A stretch of 60,211 nt of DNA from an uncultured bacterium (lineage in GTDB: Bacteria; CAYUVA01), in contig CAYUVA010000027.1 in assembly GCA_964448115.1 (NCBI GenBank), positions 1 to 60,211 on the forward strand. The letters are read 5' to 3'. This document shows, piece by piece, positions 19,402-28,750 of the stretch. The notes under the pieces were generated by a model, which searched no databases, was not told the origin of the DNA, and saw only the letters and a program-made list of their open reading frames with translations. The first letter of the stretch is position 1. Every line of letters begins with the position of its first letter. Position numbers and translations under genes: made by a program.

Positions 19402-21354
19402 TTGGTGAGAGAGCACAAGGGTTATAGTTCGCAGCGGTTGTTATCAATAGGCGAAAGAATCGGTCTATGTTTGATCATCCTGACCTTTTGCCTTACCTTG
19501 AGCCATGCCCAGCCTGCGGAACAGATCCCTGACAAACAAGACGGTGAGCTGATCTTTCCTGACAAAAGTTTGAAGGCTCTTTGGGAGAACTGGAAGGAGC
19601 TGATGCATCAGATCGAGAAGCCGCGCGAGAACCGGCAGCTTATAGACAAGAATATCAATAACTTGAAACAAAAATGCCTTGATCGGGGCATAGAATCATT
19701 CGAGATGTTCTGCGTTGCTTTGTGTCGCGAGGGCTATCATGCCTATAGCAATTCCAACTACGATCTGGCTATAAAATTTTTCAAATATGCAAGCATCCTG
19801 GATAAGAGTCAACCGCTTTGTTACATAGGTTTAGCCAACGCATACTTTGCCAAGAGTCTTTTCAATTTTCCAAAGGTTGTGCTGTACTTAGGTCATGCTT
19901 ATCGACTAGTTTTCGATGATATATGGGGGAAGATCTTCATAGTTGCTGATCTGATACTGATCGGCTCCATTATGCTTCTGCTTTTTTGCATAAGCTTTTT
20001 GATTGTGGTCTTTGTCAAGTACTACAAGCTATTCGAGCACGAACTCATAGAGAAGTTGGGTTTAAGATCGAGCTACCATGTTGCTCGAGTGATCATCCTG
20101 TTGGTGCTGATGCTCCCTTTGATCCTGCGTTTGGGATTGGTCTGGATGCTGATATTAATGCTCTTTCTTTGTTGGATCTATGCGACCCGAAATGAGCGAG
20201 TTGTTTTGATACTGTTTTTAATAACCCTCATCGCCATACCATCGTTGCTATCACAAGCCGCTAAGTACTATCAGCTTTATAATTCCAGGTTACTTCATGC
20301 TGCGGTGTTTATGAAGAAGGGTGGATACAGCGACCAGGTCTTAAGAGCCTTGGAATACGAGGCTAAGCAGAATCCTCAAGAGCCGCTGATCTTTTTCTTT
20401 ACCGCATTATCCTACAAGCGTCAGGGTGAAAAACTGCTGGCTGCCATTGCCCAGTACCAGAGGGCTTACAACCTGCGCAGCGACTTCTTCGAGGCTCTTT
20501 TAAACATGGGAAATGTCTATTTTATCTTAAAGGAGATCGATAAAGCCATCGAAGCATATCAACAAGCCAGGATGATAGATCCCGAAGCTGTCATTGTTCA
20601 TTATAATCTAAGCCGAGCTTACTACGAGAAGCTTCGCTTCGAGGAGGGTGCTACTGCTCGTTCTGATGCCATGCGCATCTCGCCAGAGATGGTCGATTAC
20701 TATACGAGCATATATACTCGCAACATCAACCGGGTGGTTATAGATAAAAGCATTCCTACCCATATCCTCAAGGATAAAATGAACCAGTTACTTGTTGAAA
20801 ATACGGTAGATCCGCAGCTCCTCTGGGTAGAAGGTATTTGGGGCATAAAGTCTGAGAGCTTGGCTTTTTTAGCAATTATAGTCGGCATCCTTCTGTTCGT
20901 TGGAGAAAGATATCGCACCCGATACTTCCCCAAGGCAAGGGAATGCAGTGTCTGTGGAAAGGGGATCTGCAAGAACTGCCTGAGATCAAATCGGGGGAAA
21001 TACTACTGCATAGACTGTTATGATGCCTTTGTGGATACCTCCACTGTAAAGTATGACCTGAAGGAAAAACGAAAGAAATTGATAAATCGCATGGATATCA
21101 TCAGGAATGGCGGCTTACTCGGCTTCAACCTGTTATTCCCCGGCGCTGGATTGATCATCAAAGGTCGTGTAATCTGGGGACAGGTCTTTTTACTGCTATG
21201 GAGCCTATTCATCATTATATTACTCAAGCATAATCTTCTCTTGACCATGCCAATCTTCATCTTTGATGCCTGGGGCATAATAAAGAGTTTTCTAATGGCA
21301 ATAATATTTACAGTTTACTGCGCTACAACCTATCTTCTTTATCGGGAGATGTAA
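19402..21354 (+). CDS. Multi-pass membrane TPR protein with Cys-rich zinc-finger-like segment
   Basis: Signal/TM, TPR pair, TM cluster, TPR array (ALLNMGNVYF, HYNLSRAY), CSVCGKGICKNC...YCIDC, C-terminal LFPGAGLI TMs. Confidence 0.75.
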   Translation: MVREHKGYSSQRLLSIGERIGLCLIILTFCLTLSHAQPAEQIPDKQDGELIFPDKSLKALWENWKELMHQIEKPRENRQLIDKNINNLKQKCLDRGIESFEMFCVALCREGYHAYSNSNYDLAIKFFKYASILDKSQPLCYIGLANAYFAKSLFNFPKVVLYLGHAYRLVFDDIWGKIFIVADLILIGSIMLLLFCISFLIVVFVKYYKLFEHELIEKLGLRSSYHVARVIILLVLMLPLILRLGLVWMLILMLFLCWIYATRNERVVLILFLITLIAIPSLLSQAAKYYQLYNSRLLHAAVFMKKGGYSDQVLRALEYEAKQNPQEPLIFFFTALSYKRQGEKLLAAIAQYQRAYNLRSDFFEALLNMGNVYFILKEIDKAIEAYQQARMIDPEAVIVHYNLSRAYYEKLRFEEGATARSDAMRISPEMVDYYTSIYTRNINRVVIDKSIPTHILKDKMNQLLVENTVDPQLLWVEGIWGIKSESLAFLAIIVGILLFVGERYRTRYFPKARECSVCGKGICKNCLRSNRGKYYCIDCYDAFVDTSTVKYDLKEKRKKLINRMDIIRNGGLLGFNLLFPGAGLIIKGRVIWGQVFLLLWSLFIIILLKHNLLLTMPIFIFDAWGIIKSFLMAIIFTVYCATTYLLYREM

Positions 21355-21358
21355 AATT

Positions 21359-21829
21359 ATGAAATACGAGGGAAAATTTAAGCAAGACAATCTTTCTGAT
21401 ATCCTGTTCAAGCTCGAACAAGAAAGGCTTACCGGCTTGCTCACTATACATACCGAAAGTAGAACAGTTGTGCTAACCTTCTACAAGGGAGGCATTGCTG
21501 CTGCAAATACCGATACCAAGGTCAAAGCCAACCTTATTGGAAATATCCTGATAGATAAGGGGTATATTACCGAGGCGCAGCTCGATTATGCGCTTCAAGA
21601 GCAAAAAGGAAGCCAAGACAGGATAGGACAGATATTGCTTAGAAATTCGATAATAAAAGCTGAGCAACTCGAAGAAGCCCTTCATACCCAAATTATGAAG
21701 ATAGTGGCTATACTATTTACCGAGCCTGAGGGATATTACCTGTTCACTGAAGAGGAGAAGGTGTTCTTCGAGGAAGACTATATGCGACCCCTTTCGGTCA
21801 GCGAAATTCCACAGGTAAAGGATAGGTAA
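21359..21829 (+). CDS. DUF4388 (PATAN-like) protein with MshEN-like tandem motif
   Basis: YEGKFKQDNLSDILFKL...TGLLTI...FYKGGI; LIGNILIDKGYITEAQLDYALQEQ-x-RIGQILLRNSIIKAEQLEEALHTQ; EGYYLF. Confidence 0.8.
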   Translation: MKYEGKFKQDNLSDILFKLEQERLTGLLTIHTESRTVVLTFYKGGIAAANTDTKVKANLIGNILIDKGYITEAQLDYALQEQKGSQDRIGQILLRNSIIKAEQLEEALHTQIMKIVAILFTEPEGYYLFTEEEKVFFEEDYMRPLSVSEIPQVKDR

Positions 21830-21831
21830 TA

Positions 21832-23055
21832 ATGGCGCTCGAAGGTTTACTTTCCGAGTTCGGTGTAAAGGAGATATTCCAGCGCATCCATCAACAAAGC
21901 AAGACTGGAATTCTAACCATACACAGCGGAGAGGAGACCATTACGGTATCTTTCCAGGAAGGCAAGATAGTCGCCGCCAACTCATCGGTAAAGAACCCGA
22001 ATGACCGCATTGGGAATATACTGGTAAGAACCAAGATGGTTGATGCTGAAAGCCTCAAGGCAGCTATCAACGAGAAAGAGGAATCGCTTGATCGCATCGG
22101 GCAGATCCTACTCAAGAAAAAAGTCATCACCAAGGAGGTGCTTCAAAAGGCGCTGCAAGTACAGGTGCTGCAGATAATTAAACGACTATTTTCTGTAGAA
22201 GATGGGTTCTATCACTTCAAGCCCGAAGAGAAGGTACACTATGATGAAGAAAACATGCATCCTATATCCATAGATAAAATTATCTCGGTTGGCGTCGAAA
22301 AAGCACCGGTACTGGAGGAACTTAGCGGGAAAATGCCCTCTGCGGATGATGTCTATGAAAAGACCTATAGCTTGGATGACGAGGAAGCCAACCTAATAAT
22401 CGACGAATTGGATGATGAAAACAAGGATGTCCTTAAATACATAGATGGCTGGACCACTATAAAAAGCATCCTGGAAAAATATCAGGATAGAAAGCTCGAG
22501 GTGCTTAAGATAATTACAGAACTGGAACAAAAAGGCTTGATAAGAAAGCTGCTCGAAACTAAAACACCCATAAAGATCGAGGTTAAAAAAACTAAACCGA
22601 TCAAGCTCCCCAAGATTTATATCATCCCCTATATGGTAGTTCCAATCATAATAGTCCTGGTCGCGCTGGGGCTTAAGGATCTTTATAATAAGGGGGTCAA
22701 GCAGTTCACCTTGGTAAATAATCCAATTTATAGAACCTTAGAGAATCAACATAAGGATAGAGTTTTCCATGCTGTCAATTTGTATATCAACCGCAATAAC
22801 AATCCTCCTATCAGCGTAGATTTTTTGGTGCGAGCACGATATCTACAACAGAAGTTCGCCTATGATCCGTGGGGGAATATGTATATCCTGCGAGTAAATG
22901 ACAATACATTCTCGTTGATTAGCAAAGGTGCAGACGGGAAAGTCAACACCGGCGACGATCTTATATATACTAAGGAATTCAACAAGGAGACCAATATCGA
23001 GGCAGCCTTCTTTCCATTTTTCCCACAATATCAATCTCTCGAAGCTACGCCGTAA
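21832..23055 (+). CDS. DUF4388/MshEN-like protein with TM and C-terminal GspG (pseudopilin)-like domain
   Basis: MALEGLLSEFGVKEIFQ...KTGILTI; RIGNILV / RIGQILL repeats; single TM; DPWGNMY...SLISKGADGKVNTGDDL as in T2SG domains. Confidence 0.78.
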   Translation: MALEGLLSEFGVKEIFQRIHQQSKTGILTIHSGEETITVSFQEGKIVAANSSVKNPNDRIGNILVRTKMVDAESLKAAINEKEESLDRIGQILLKKKVITKEVLQKALQVQVLQIIKRLFSVEDGFYHFKPEEKVHYDEENMHPISIDKIISVGVEKAPVLEELSGKMPSADDVYEKTYSLDDEEANLIIDELDDENKDVLKYIDGWTTIKSILEKYQDRKLEVLKIITELEQKGLIRKLLETKTPIKIEVKKTKPIKLPKIYIIPYMVVPIIIVLVALGLKDLYNKGVKQFTLVNNPIYRTLENQHKDRVFHAVNLYINRNNNPPISVDFLVRARYLQQKFAYDPWGNMYILRVNDNTFSLISKGADGKVNTGDDLIYTKEFNKETNIEAAFFPFFPQYQSLEATP

Positions 23056-23088
23056 GGCATAATCCATCGGGTGTGCATATTGGGCTTA

Positions 23089-24813
23089 TTATTTGGAGGC
23101 ACTTTTTACCCTGTAAATGGTGAAGTTGCCCATATCAAGGCTCTCCCAGAATGGATGGCACTTTTTTATCCTTTCCAGCAAGTATTGATCGCTTTGGTTC
23201 ATAAACACGCTTCCCCTGGGATAACATCTTGCTATTGAAGCCTGAATCCGCGCCTGACTCATACCATAGAACTTCCTGGGAAAGTCGAAAAAGTTCTTTT
23301 CAGGCGAATTGCGTAGCCACCAGAGATTCCTTTCGTGGTTGTTTAGTACCAGGCAGATGTCAACAGTGGCGTTCATATCAGTGAATAAGCCGGGATCGTC
23401 TATGATATAAAAGTCAGCTCCATTGGTGGTTGATAAGTACTGAATAGTAGGGTGCAAAAAAAGCTGGGGTGATAGCAGGTAGGTCGTTTTATTCCTAGAA
23501 CCGCTTACCAGTCGAGCGATCTCCACCTCATCCTCGTTGAAGCCATCCAGGCAGCGCTGCTTGATAGGTGCCTGGTAAACCATCCCCGCCCAGTCTATGA
23601 AATATAGTTTGATATCCCAGGCAGCCGATCCAGCCAAAAGAACGATGATAATGATGACCGAAATTCTGCTGGCAAACTGGTTGCTCGCTGCACCCATTCT
23701 CTTTAGGATTTTATCCAAGACAGATCGCAATAGAAATAATCCGATACCGCCTAAAAGGGCGACCGCGGGGACTACACATAGGGTTCTCAGCGCTGCCGGC
23801 GCCTGCCAGGTAACCGACAGGATGCCCGGAATAAGCATGGTTACAAGCCAGAGCAAAATTACCGTAACCCCACGGCTGAAAGGCTTCAGGAGGGAATAAA
23901 CGACTCCCAGGAGAAAAAGGAGACCAAATACCGGGTTCAGCATCGGCTTACCGGGGATGTTGTGGCGCAGGATCTGATCTCCAGAGAGATTAAACATAGC
24001 AAGGTATGAGCCTATATTTGATAACAGGTTACCTATCGGCGATCCCGACTCGGAAAAAACAGAGGTCAGTTTCGCCCGGGATAAAAAGAGATCTGGATGC
24101 AACAAACCATATACCACCAATGGGGCAGAGATGATGAGAAATGCGCTGAATAGATAAAACGAACTCCAAAGCTGCCCTTGTTTGTTATTTTTTTTGATGA
24201 TGATGTTCACTATCAGCACTATGAAAATCAACATGGGGAGCAGCCTGGCTGGAATATAGGTATATAGCGAGATGCCCATCAGGGCGCCGGCTGCTATGAA
24301 TTGCCATTTATCGTTACACTCCATAGCCCTCAAGACAAAATAGATGACCAAAACCATGAACAAGGGAGCAAGAATGCCCCTGAAGCCTATGCGACTGAAT
24401 TGAATATGCCAGCGCATCGATGCAAGCAGAAAAGCTGCTGCCAGAGCCTGGTAATGGCTCCTGGTGATGAATCGAGCCAGCCAATAGAGGGCAACAACCG
24501 TCAAAAGTCCGGCAACAGCTGAGACCGCTCGAATAGCCATCACGCTGTTACCGAATATGATCATGCCTATCGCCACCAGGTACTTGAAGATCGGCTCTTG
24601 CCCGCAGTTGGAGGGGAAATACAAGGGATGATGAACCCCCTTTAGCACCAGGTAGGCATCCAATCCATGATTAGCCTCGTCAAGCCAAAGCCCCGGCGGA
24701 AGATCGGTCAGCTTGTAAAACCTTACCATAAAGGCAAAGATAAAAAGGAGGGTAAGGTGAAGGAATTTGCTTCTTAGTGCCTTGGATGCCGATAGTGCGC
24801 TCAATGAGAACAT
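23089..24813 (-). CDS. Glycosyltransferase family 39 / ArnT-like GT-C membrane protein
   Basis: RFYKLTDLPPGLWLDEA, AIRAVSAVAG, WHIQFSRIGFR, SLYTYIPAR; many TMs. Confidence 0.85.
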   Translation of the reverse strand: MFSLSALSASKALRSKFLHLTLLFIFAFMVRFYKLTDLPPGLWLDEANHGLDAYLVLKGVHHPLYFPSNCGQEPIFKYLVAIGMIIFGNSVMAIRAVSAVAGLLTVVALYWLARFITRSHYQALAAAFLLASMRWHIQFSRIGFRGILAPLFMVLVIYFVLRAMECNDKWQFIAAGALMGISLYTYIPARLLPMLIFIVLIVNIIIKKNNKQGQLWSSFYLFSAFLIISAPLVVYGLLHPDLFLSRAKLTSVFSESGSPIGNLLSNIGSYLAMFNLSGDQILRHNIPGKPMLNPVFGLLFLLGVVYSLLKPFSRGVTVILLWLVTMLIPGILSVTWQAPAALRTLCVVPAVALLGGIGLFLLRSVLDKILKRMGAASNQFASRISVIIIIVLLAGSAAWDIKLYFIDWAGMVYQAPIKQRCLDGFNEDEVEIARLVSGSRNKTTYLLSPQLFLHPTIQYLSTTNGADFYIIDDPGLFTDMNATVDICLVLNNHERNLWWLRNSPEKNFFDFPRKFYGMSQARIQASIARCYPRGSVFMNQSDQYLLERIKKCHPFWESLDMGNFTIYRVKSASK

Positions 24814-24862
24814 AATTCAAAGGATAACAGAAATAGCGCAATGGAAAAAGGATATCTTAACC

Positions 24863-24891
24863 TTGACTGTCCCTGCGAGTGATATTAGAAT
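24863..24891 (+). promoter_or_regulatory. Putative sigma70 promoter for the secreted protein at 24942
   Basis: TTGACT-17 bp-TAGAAT; AAGGAG RBS before ATG 24942. Confidence 0.6.
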
Positions 24892-24941
24892 AATAAGCGG
24901 TTATCAGTAAAATATACTCCTACATGATGAAGGAGCATCAA

Positions 24942-26795
24942 ATGAAACGCGATAGATCAATCAGGTGGTATCCAGTACTAGTCCTTATAATGATAGTTGT
25001 GGCAACGAGCGCCTATGCCATCTCCTATAAACAAAAGGATTACTATGATGCGATAATCTCGGTCGCTGACCGATTGGTTGCCTTGCAGTTCTCCGATGGC
25101 TCCTGGCCGGAAGATATCTCCGGGCTGTTCTCCCCAAGCGGTGAACACTCGACTCGGATAAACGGCATCGTTACCCAGAGCATCCTCCATGCATACAAGC
25201 TCGATAACAAGAACAGCTATAAGGATGCCTGCCTGAAGACCGCCAATTGGATGGTCAGCTTCTACCAGTCGAACGGGTTTCTACACAACGAGGATGCCAT
25301 GGCTCTGTACGATATTGGCGCGCAGTGGGATAATTCGTTCTATAAGGACAATGCCAGTAACGCCATCAAGAAGGTGGTGGAGGATCTTTATCCTAGCAAC
25401 CAGGCGCTGGTTAATATGCTATCCGATCTGCAAGCCAACATAAGTTACAAAGCAGCTACCTATATCAGGGCGTTCAACAAGTTCGGCTACAAGCAACGAG
25501 CGCTACAGTTGGCAGACTACATGGTAGCCAATTGGCAGGCAAAATCCGGCTTGGCAAGCGGCGCATTTTTGAGCGCAAGGGATTACAAAGGCTCTGGCTT
25601 GGATTACTACCTGATGAAGGACTCGGCTTATGCAGCCTTAGCCTTATCGGAGCTGGATGCAGCAAGGTATTACAACGCGATACTCAGAACCACGAATCTG
25701 ATAATCAGTGGCTACGGATTCAACGGCAGAACAAACTATGAGGGTGGATACCCCGCTGGCTTCACTTACAATCCAGGCGAGAATAGCTGGGATTATGTCG
25801 ATTATCTTTATACAGCAGAGGATCAGGCTTACCAGGTTCGCTTTCTATCAGCAGTCAAGGAGAGAACCTATGCCAATGCCGGATGTAATTTCCTCGTATA
25901 TACCCAGGAACTGCCAGAACATGGCGGTGGCTGGGAGACCAGGACCCTAGGCTGGGATGCACCGATCGACGATACCGAGTATAGCTATACCGATGCGGCA
26001 GTAGTTACAGCGTTGGCAGAGAGGCTCAAGATAAACCGGGCACCGATAATACTGCTTGCCGGCTATGGATATACATCGCTGAGCAAGAACAACGGCGGTT
26101 TCTTTGAGATGCTCTGCTGGGCACAAGACCTCGATGAGGATTCTATATCCTCTTGCGAAATATATGTTAACGGGCAAGCGACCGGCACCATGCTAACCAA
26201 AGAGGAAACCGTCCCCGGCTTGTTCTTATTCGATACCACAACAATATATCCAGGAGTGCAGCCACAACAAGTCCTCCTGGAGCTTAGAGTAACCGATGAG
26301 CTAGGGAAAACCAGCAAGTCCTGGCCTTATATGCACATAAGCAAGCTGGATGATGATTTATATGGCGGATTATACACATACCAAAGTGAGCCAGAGCCAT
26401 GGTGGCTCCATTATTACCGCACGATAGAGATGACTACTTTCGAGGGCAAGGGCGCTGCCAAGCCTAATATCTTGGCTGCCGGGTACATGTACACAAACTT
26501 GAGCGAGCAGAGCGGGGGAACATTGAACTTGGCTGCCGCATGCGATGACCGGGATTCCCCGCGTGACATAAAGGATGTACAGATCTATGTGGCTGGGATG
26601 CCATCCGGAATATACCTCAAGGACGATGGGCTGAGCGGCGATTTCGCTGCCAGCGACCAGGTATTCGGGATGCAGATGAACTTTACATCTGCATCCTTAC
26701 AGGGCGCGAGCGGGCAGTATATTATTGAGCTGGTCGCAACCGACTACAGCGGAAACAAGAGCAACCTGTGGCCATACCTGGTGATCAGTCAATAA
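24942..26795 (+). CDS. Secreted protein: alpha/alpha-toroid (QW-repeat-like) domain plus two tandem copies of the shared C-terminal domain
   Basis: Signal peptide ending AYA; QW-like motifs LVALQFSDGSW and LVYTQELPEHGGGW; repeats APIILLAGY...WPYMHI and KPNILAAGY...WPYLVI. Confidence 0.75.
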   Translation: MKRDRSIRWYPVLVLIMIVVATSAYAISYKQKDYYDAIISVADRLVALQFSDGSWPEDISGLFSPSGEHSTRINGIVTQSILHAYKLDNKNSYKDACLKTANWMVSFYQSNGFLHNEDAMALYDIGAQWDNSFYKDNASNAIKKVVEDLYPSNQALVNMLSDLQANISYKAATYIRAFNKFGYKQRALQLADYMVANWQAKSGLASGAFLSARDYKGSGLDYYLMKDSAYAALALSELDAARYYNAILRTTNLIISGYGFNGRTNYEGGYPAGFTYNPGENSWDYVDYLYTAEDQAYQVRFLSAVKERTYANAGCNFLVYTQELPEHGGGWETRTLGWDAPIDDTEYSYTDAAVVTALAERLKINRAPIILLAGYGYTSLSKNNGGFFEMLCWAQDLDEDSISSCEIYVNGQATGTMLTKEETVPGLFLFDTTTIYPGVQPQQVLLELRVTDELGKTSKSWPYMHISKLDDDLYGGLYTYQSEPEPWWLHYYRTIEMTTFEGKGAAKPNILAAGYMYTNLSEQSGGTLNLAAACDDRDSPRDIKDVQIYVAGMPSGIYLKDDGLSGDFAASDQVFGMQMNFTSASLQGASGQYIIELVATDYSGNKSNLWPYLVISQ

Positions 26796-26817
26796 AGTAA
26801 GAACCTGGAAGATCTCC

Positions 26818-27210
26818 CTAATCAAGCCGTTCGCAGTAGATCTGAAGCTCGTTCAACTTTTTCTCCAACGCTCGGTACAATCGAACCTTAACCAGCCATA
26901 AATCATCGTTGCCCAGCTTATGCTCGCTTCCGTCAAGCTCCAGGTGATATACCGCGCCTTCTCCCTCCAGTATAATCCATTCGGTCGGCTCCTCTGCGAA
27001 CTGGTTCAGGTTCCCCATTGCCTTGCCTACCTTTACGGCAAAGACGCTATGTTGCTTGTTGATGAACTCGAAATGATAGCGATGCGGGCTTCCCTTGAAG
27101 GTCCTTGATTTCTCCACGGGTTTATCGCGGTCGAATATAAGGTTCTCATAGTCGGCGAAGAATTCCTTGGGCAGTATCTTTTTCAGCAACCGTTTAATCT
27201 TCATCATCAA
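26818..27210 (-). CDS. Hypothetical protein
   Basis: 130-aa ORF with plausible composition and RBS-like GAGG upstream; no recognised motif. Confidence 0.6.
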   Translation of the reverse strand: MMMKIKRLLKKILPKEFFADYENLIFDRDKPVEKSRTFKGSPHRYHFEFINKQHSVFAVKVGKAMGNLNQFAEEPTEWIILEGEGAVYHLELDGSEHKLGNDDLWLVKVRLYRALEKKLNELQIYCERLD

Positions 27211-27502
27211 GCCTCGACATCTGAGCGCTCATCGCATCGGTGGTTGCATTGCCAGGCAACGACAAGCCCACCGCCTCGATAATACAAGCCATGGTATTGG
27301 TTGTACCCATCATATTGCAAGCGCCATAGCCGCTGCAGGTGTTTTGCCAATAGCTCTGAAGCTCATCTTGGTTTATCTCGCCAGCTCGATATCTACCCAT
27401 ACTATTCTTGGCTTGTCCAGGTCCGAAGCAGATATCCCTGAACCACAAAGCAGTGCATTTTTGTATATCTGGTGTATGTCCATATAGTTTTACTCCCCGC
27501 AC
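27194..27502 (-). pseudogene. Dihydroxy-acid dehydratase (IlvD/Edd family) fragment
   Basis: AGEINQDEL...TCSGYGACNMMGTTNTMACIIEAVGLSLPGNAT matches the central CxxMxTANTM region of IlvD; only about 60 aa of a normally >500 aa protein. Confidence 0.75.
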
Positions 27503-27656
27503 TTATCAACTTACCTTTTTTCCATAATATTTTCCAGAGAAGAGGGATAAGGCGTAAGGATTTAGGCACAAGCAAGGAAATATTATCGGTTAGATAGCCA
27601 TCACACCACAAGTCTCACATCTTACGCCTTAAGTCTCAATCCTCACTCCTATTATT

Positions 27657-28673
27657 CTAGTCCTCGTACAACTCCCCATTAGCCTTCAATTGCTTGAATT
27701 TCTCCCAGTCTATGTAGAATTTATTTGACTCGAAGGCTTCTTTAACCTTCGACTTATACTCATCGGACTCGAAGTATCGTTGCAGCTTTTCTGAGATAGG
27801 CAGGATCATCTCGATGCCCCGCCAGAAAACAGGCTCATTGGTCTTGGCATCGATAAGGCAATTCTTCTCTACCGCCCAGGAAACCTCTACCAGTGGATGC
27901 CCCTTGGTGTCCCTCTCCATGGCGCGAAAAATCCCCTCTCGTATTGGCTTGAAGAAGAAGAACTTGTGGTGATACAGGGTTGCATTATGGAAGTGCTGGG
28001 GAAAGTTCATCAGCCCGTCCATCTCAAGCCGTTCACCAGCTCTTATGAGTAATCCGAGCACCTCATGCCCTAATCCGAGACCGGGATATTTCTGTCCCGG
28101 CAAGCGTGGTCTGCTTGCCGAGAAGGACTTGGTCGGATCTTGAAGCATAAGCCAATTTATGATCAGAAGCTGATACTCCTCATCTCTGAAAAGCTCGGTG
28201 ATCCCCTGCTTAGGCTTTAGGGTGCCTTTCTTTAGCACCACCTCGGCGACTAGGTGTTCAGGGTCTTCCTTGCCACCATAGTAGAGCCTTAGACTGTGTT
28301 CAAAGGGATTCTCAAGATTTAAGATAGTGAGTATCTTGCGCAGCCCCAACTGCTTCAGTTTTCGGTAAAATCCATAAATCCTCAGCGCCCTTTGTAATCC
28401 CTGGGGACTATAATAGTCGAGGAAGAAGTTCGAGCTTGTATGGTCGAACAACTGTCGGCTGATATCATCCTCTGACAGGATTCCCTCACTGCAATCAGAG
28501 CGCTTGAGATCGAAGTGGGTAAGCCGCCGAGAGATCTTCTCGAACTGCTCATTGACCTTGTCGAACTTCTTGAGTAGCGCTTTTTGCGCCCTCTCATCAG
28601 CAACCTTGATAGTTATAGGTTTGGGGCGCAAACCTAGCCAAACAGCAATGTCTTTAATTATCTCCATATCCAA
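27657..28673 (-). CDS. Conserved hypothetical protein (LQDP...RPRLPGQxYPGLG motif)
   Basis: WLMLQDPTKSFSASRPRLPGQKYPGLGLG...DGLMNFPQHFHNA. From recall, similar to a domain fused to some bacterial deacetylase-family proteins; function uncertain. Confidence 0.6.
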   Translation of the reverse strand: MDMEIIKDIAVWLGLRPKPITIKVADERAQKALLKKFDKVNEQFEKISRRLTHFDLKRSDCSEGILSEDDISRQLFDHTSSNFFLDYYSPQGLQRALRIYGFYRKLKQLGLRKILTILNLENPFEHSLRLYYGGKEDPEHLVAEVVLKKGTLKPKQGITELFRDEEYQLLIINWLMLQDPTKSFSASRPRLPGQKYPGLGLGHEVLGLLIRAGERLEMDGLMNFPQHFHNATLYHHKFFFFKPIREGIFRAMERDTKGHPLVEVSWAVEKNCLIDAKTNEPVFWRGIEMILPISEKLQRYFESDEYKSKVKEAFESNKFYIDWEKFKQLKANGELYED

Positions 28674-28750
28674 GATTGATCAACAAACCATCGGCTGCCA
28701 GGTCGCCATTATAGCTTGTTTGAGTCCTCCTTATCAAGCCAAGTATATTG

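Noticed and set aside
24942-26040. Squalene-hopene cyclase
   Set aside because: Only QW-like structural repeats; it has a signal peptide, is too short, and lacks the DXDD catalytic motif in context.
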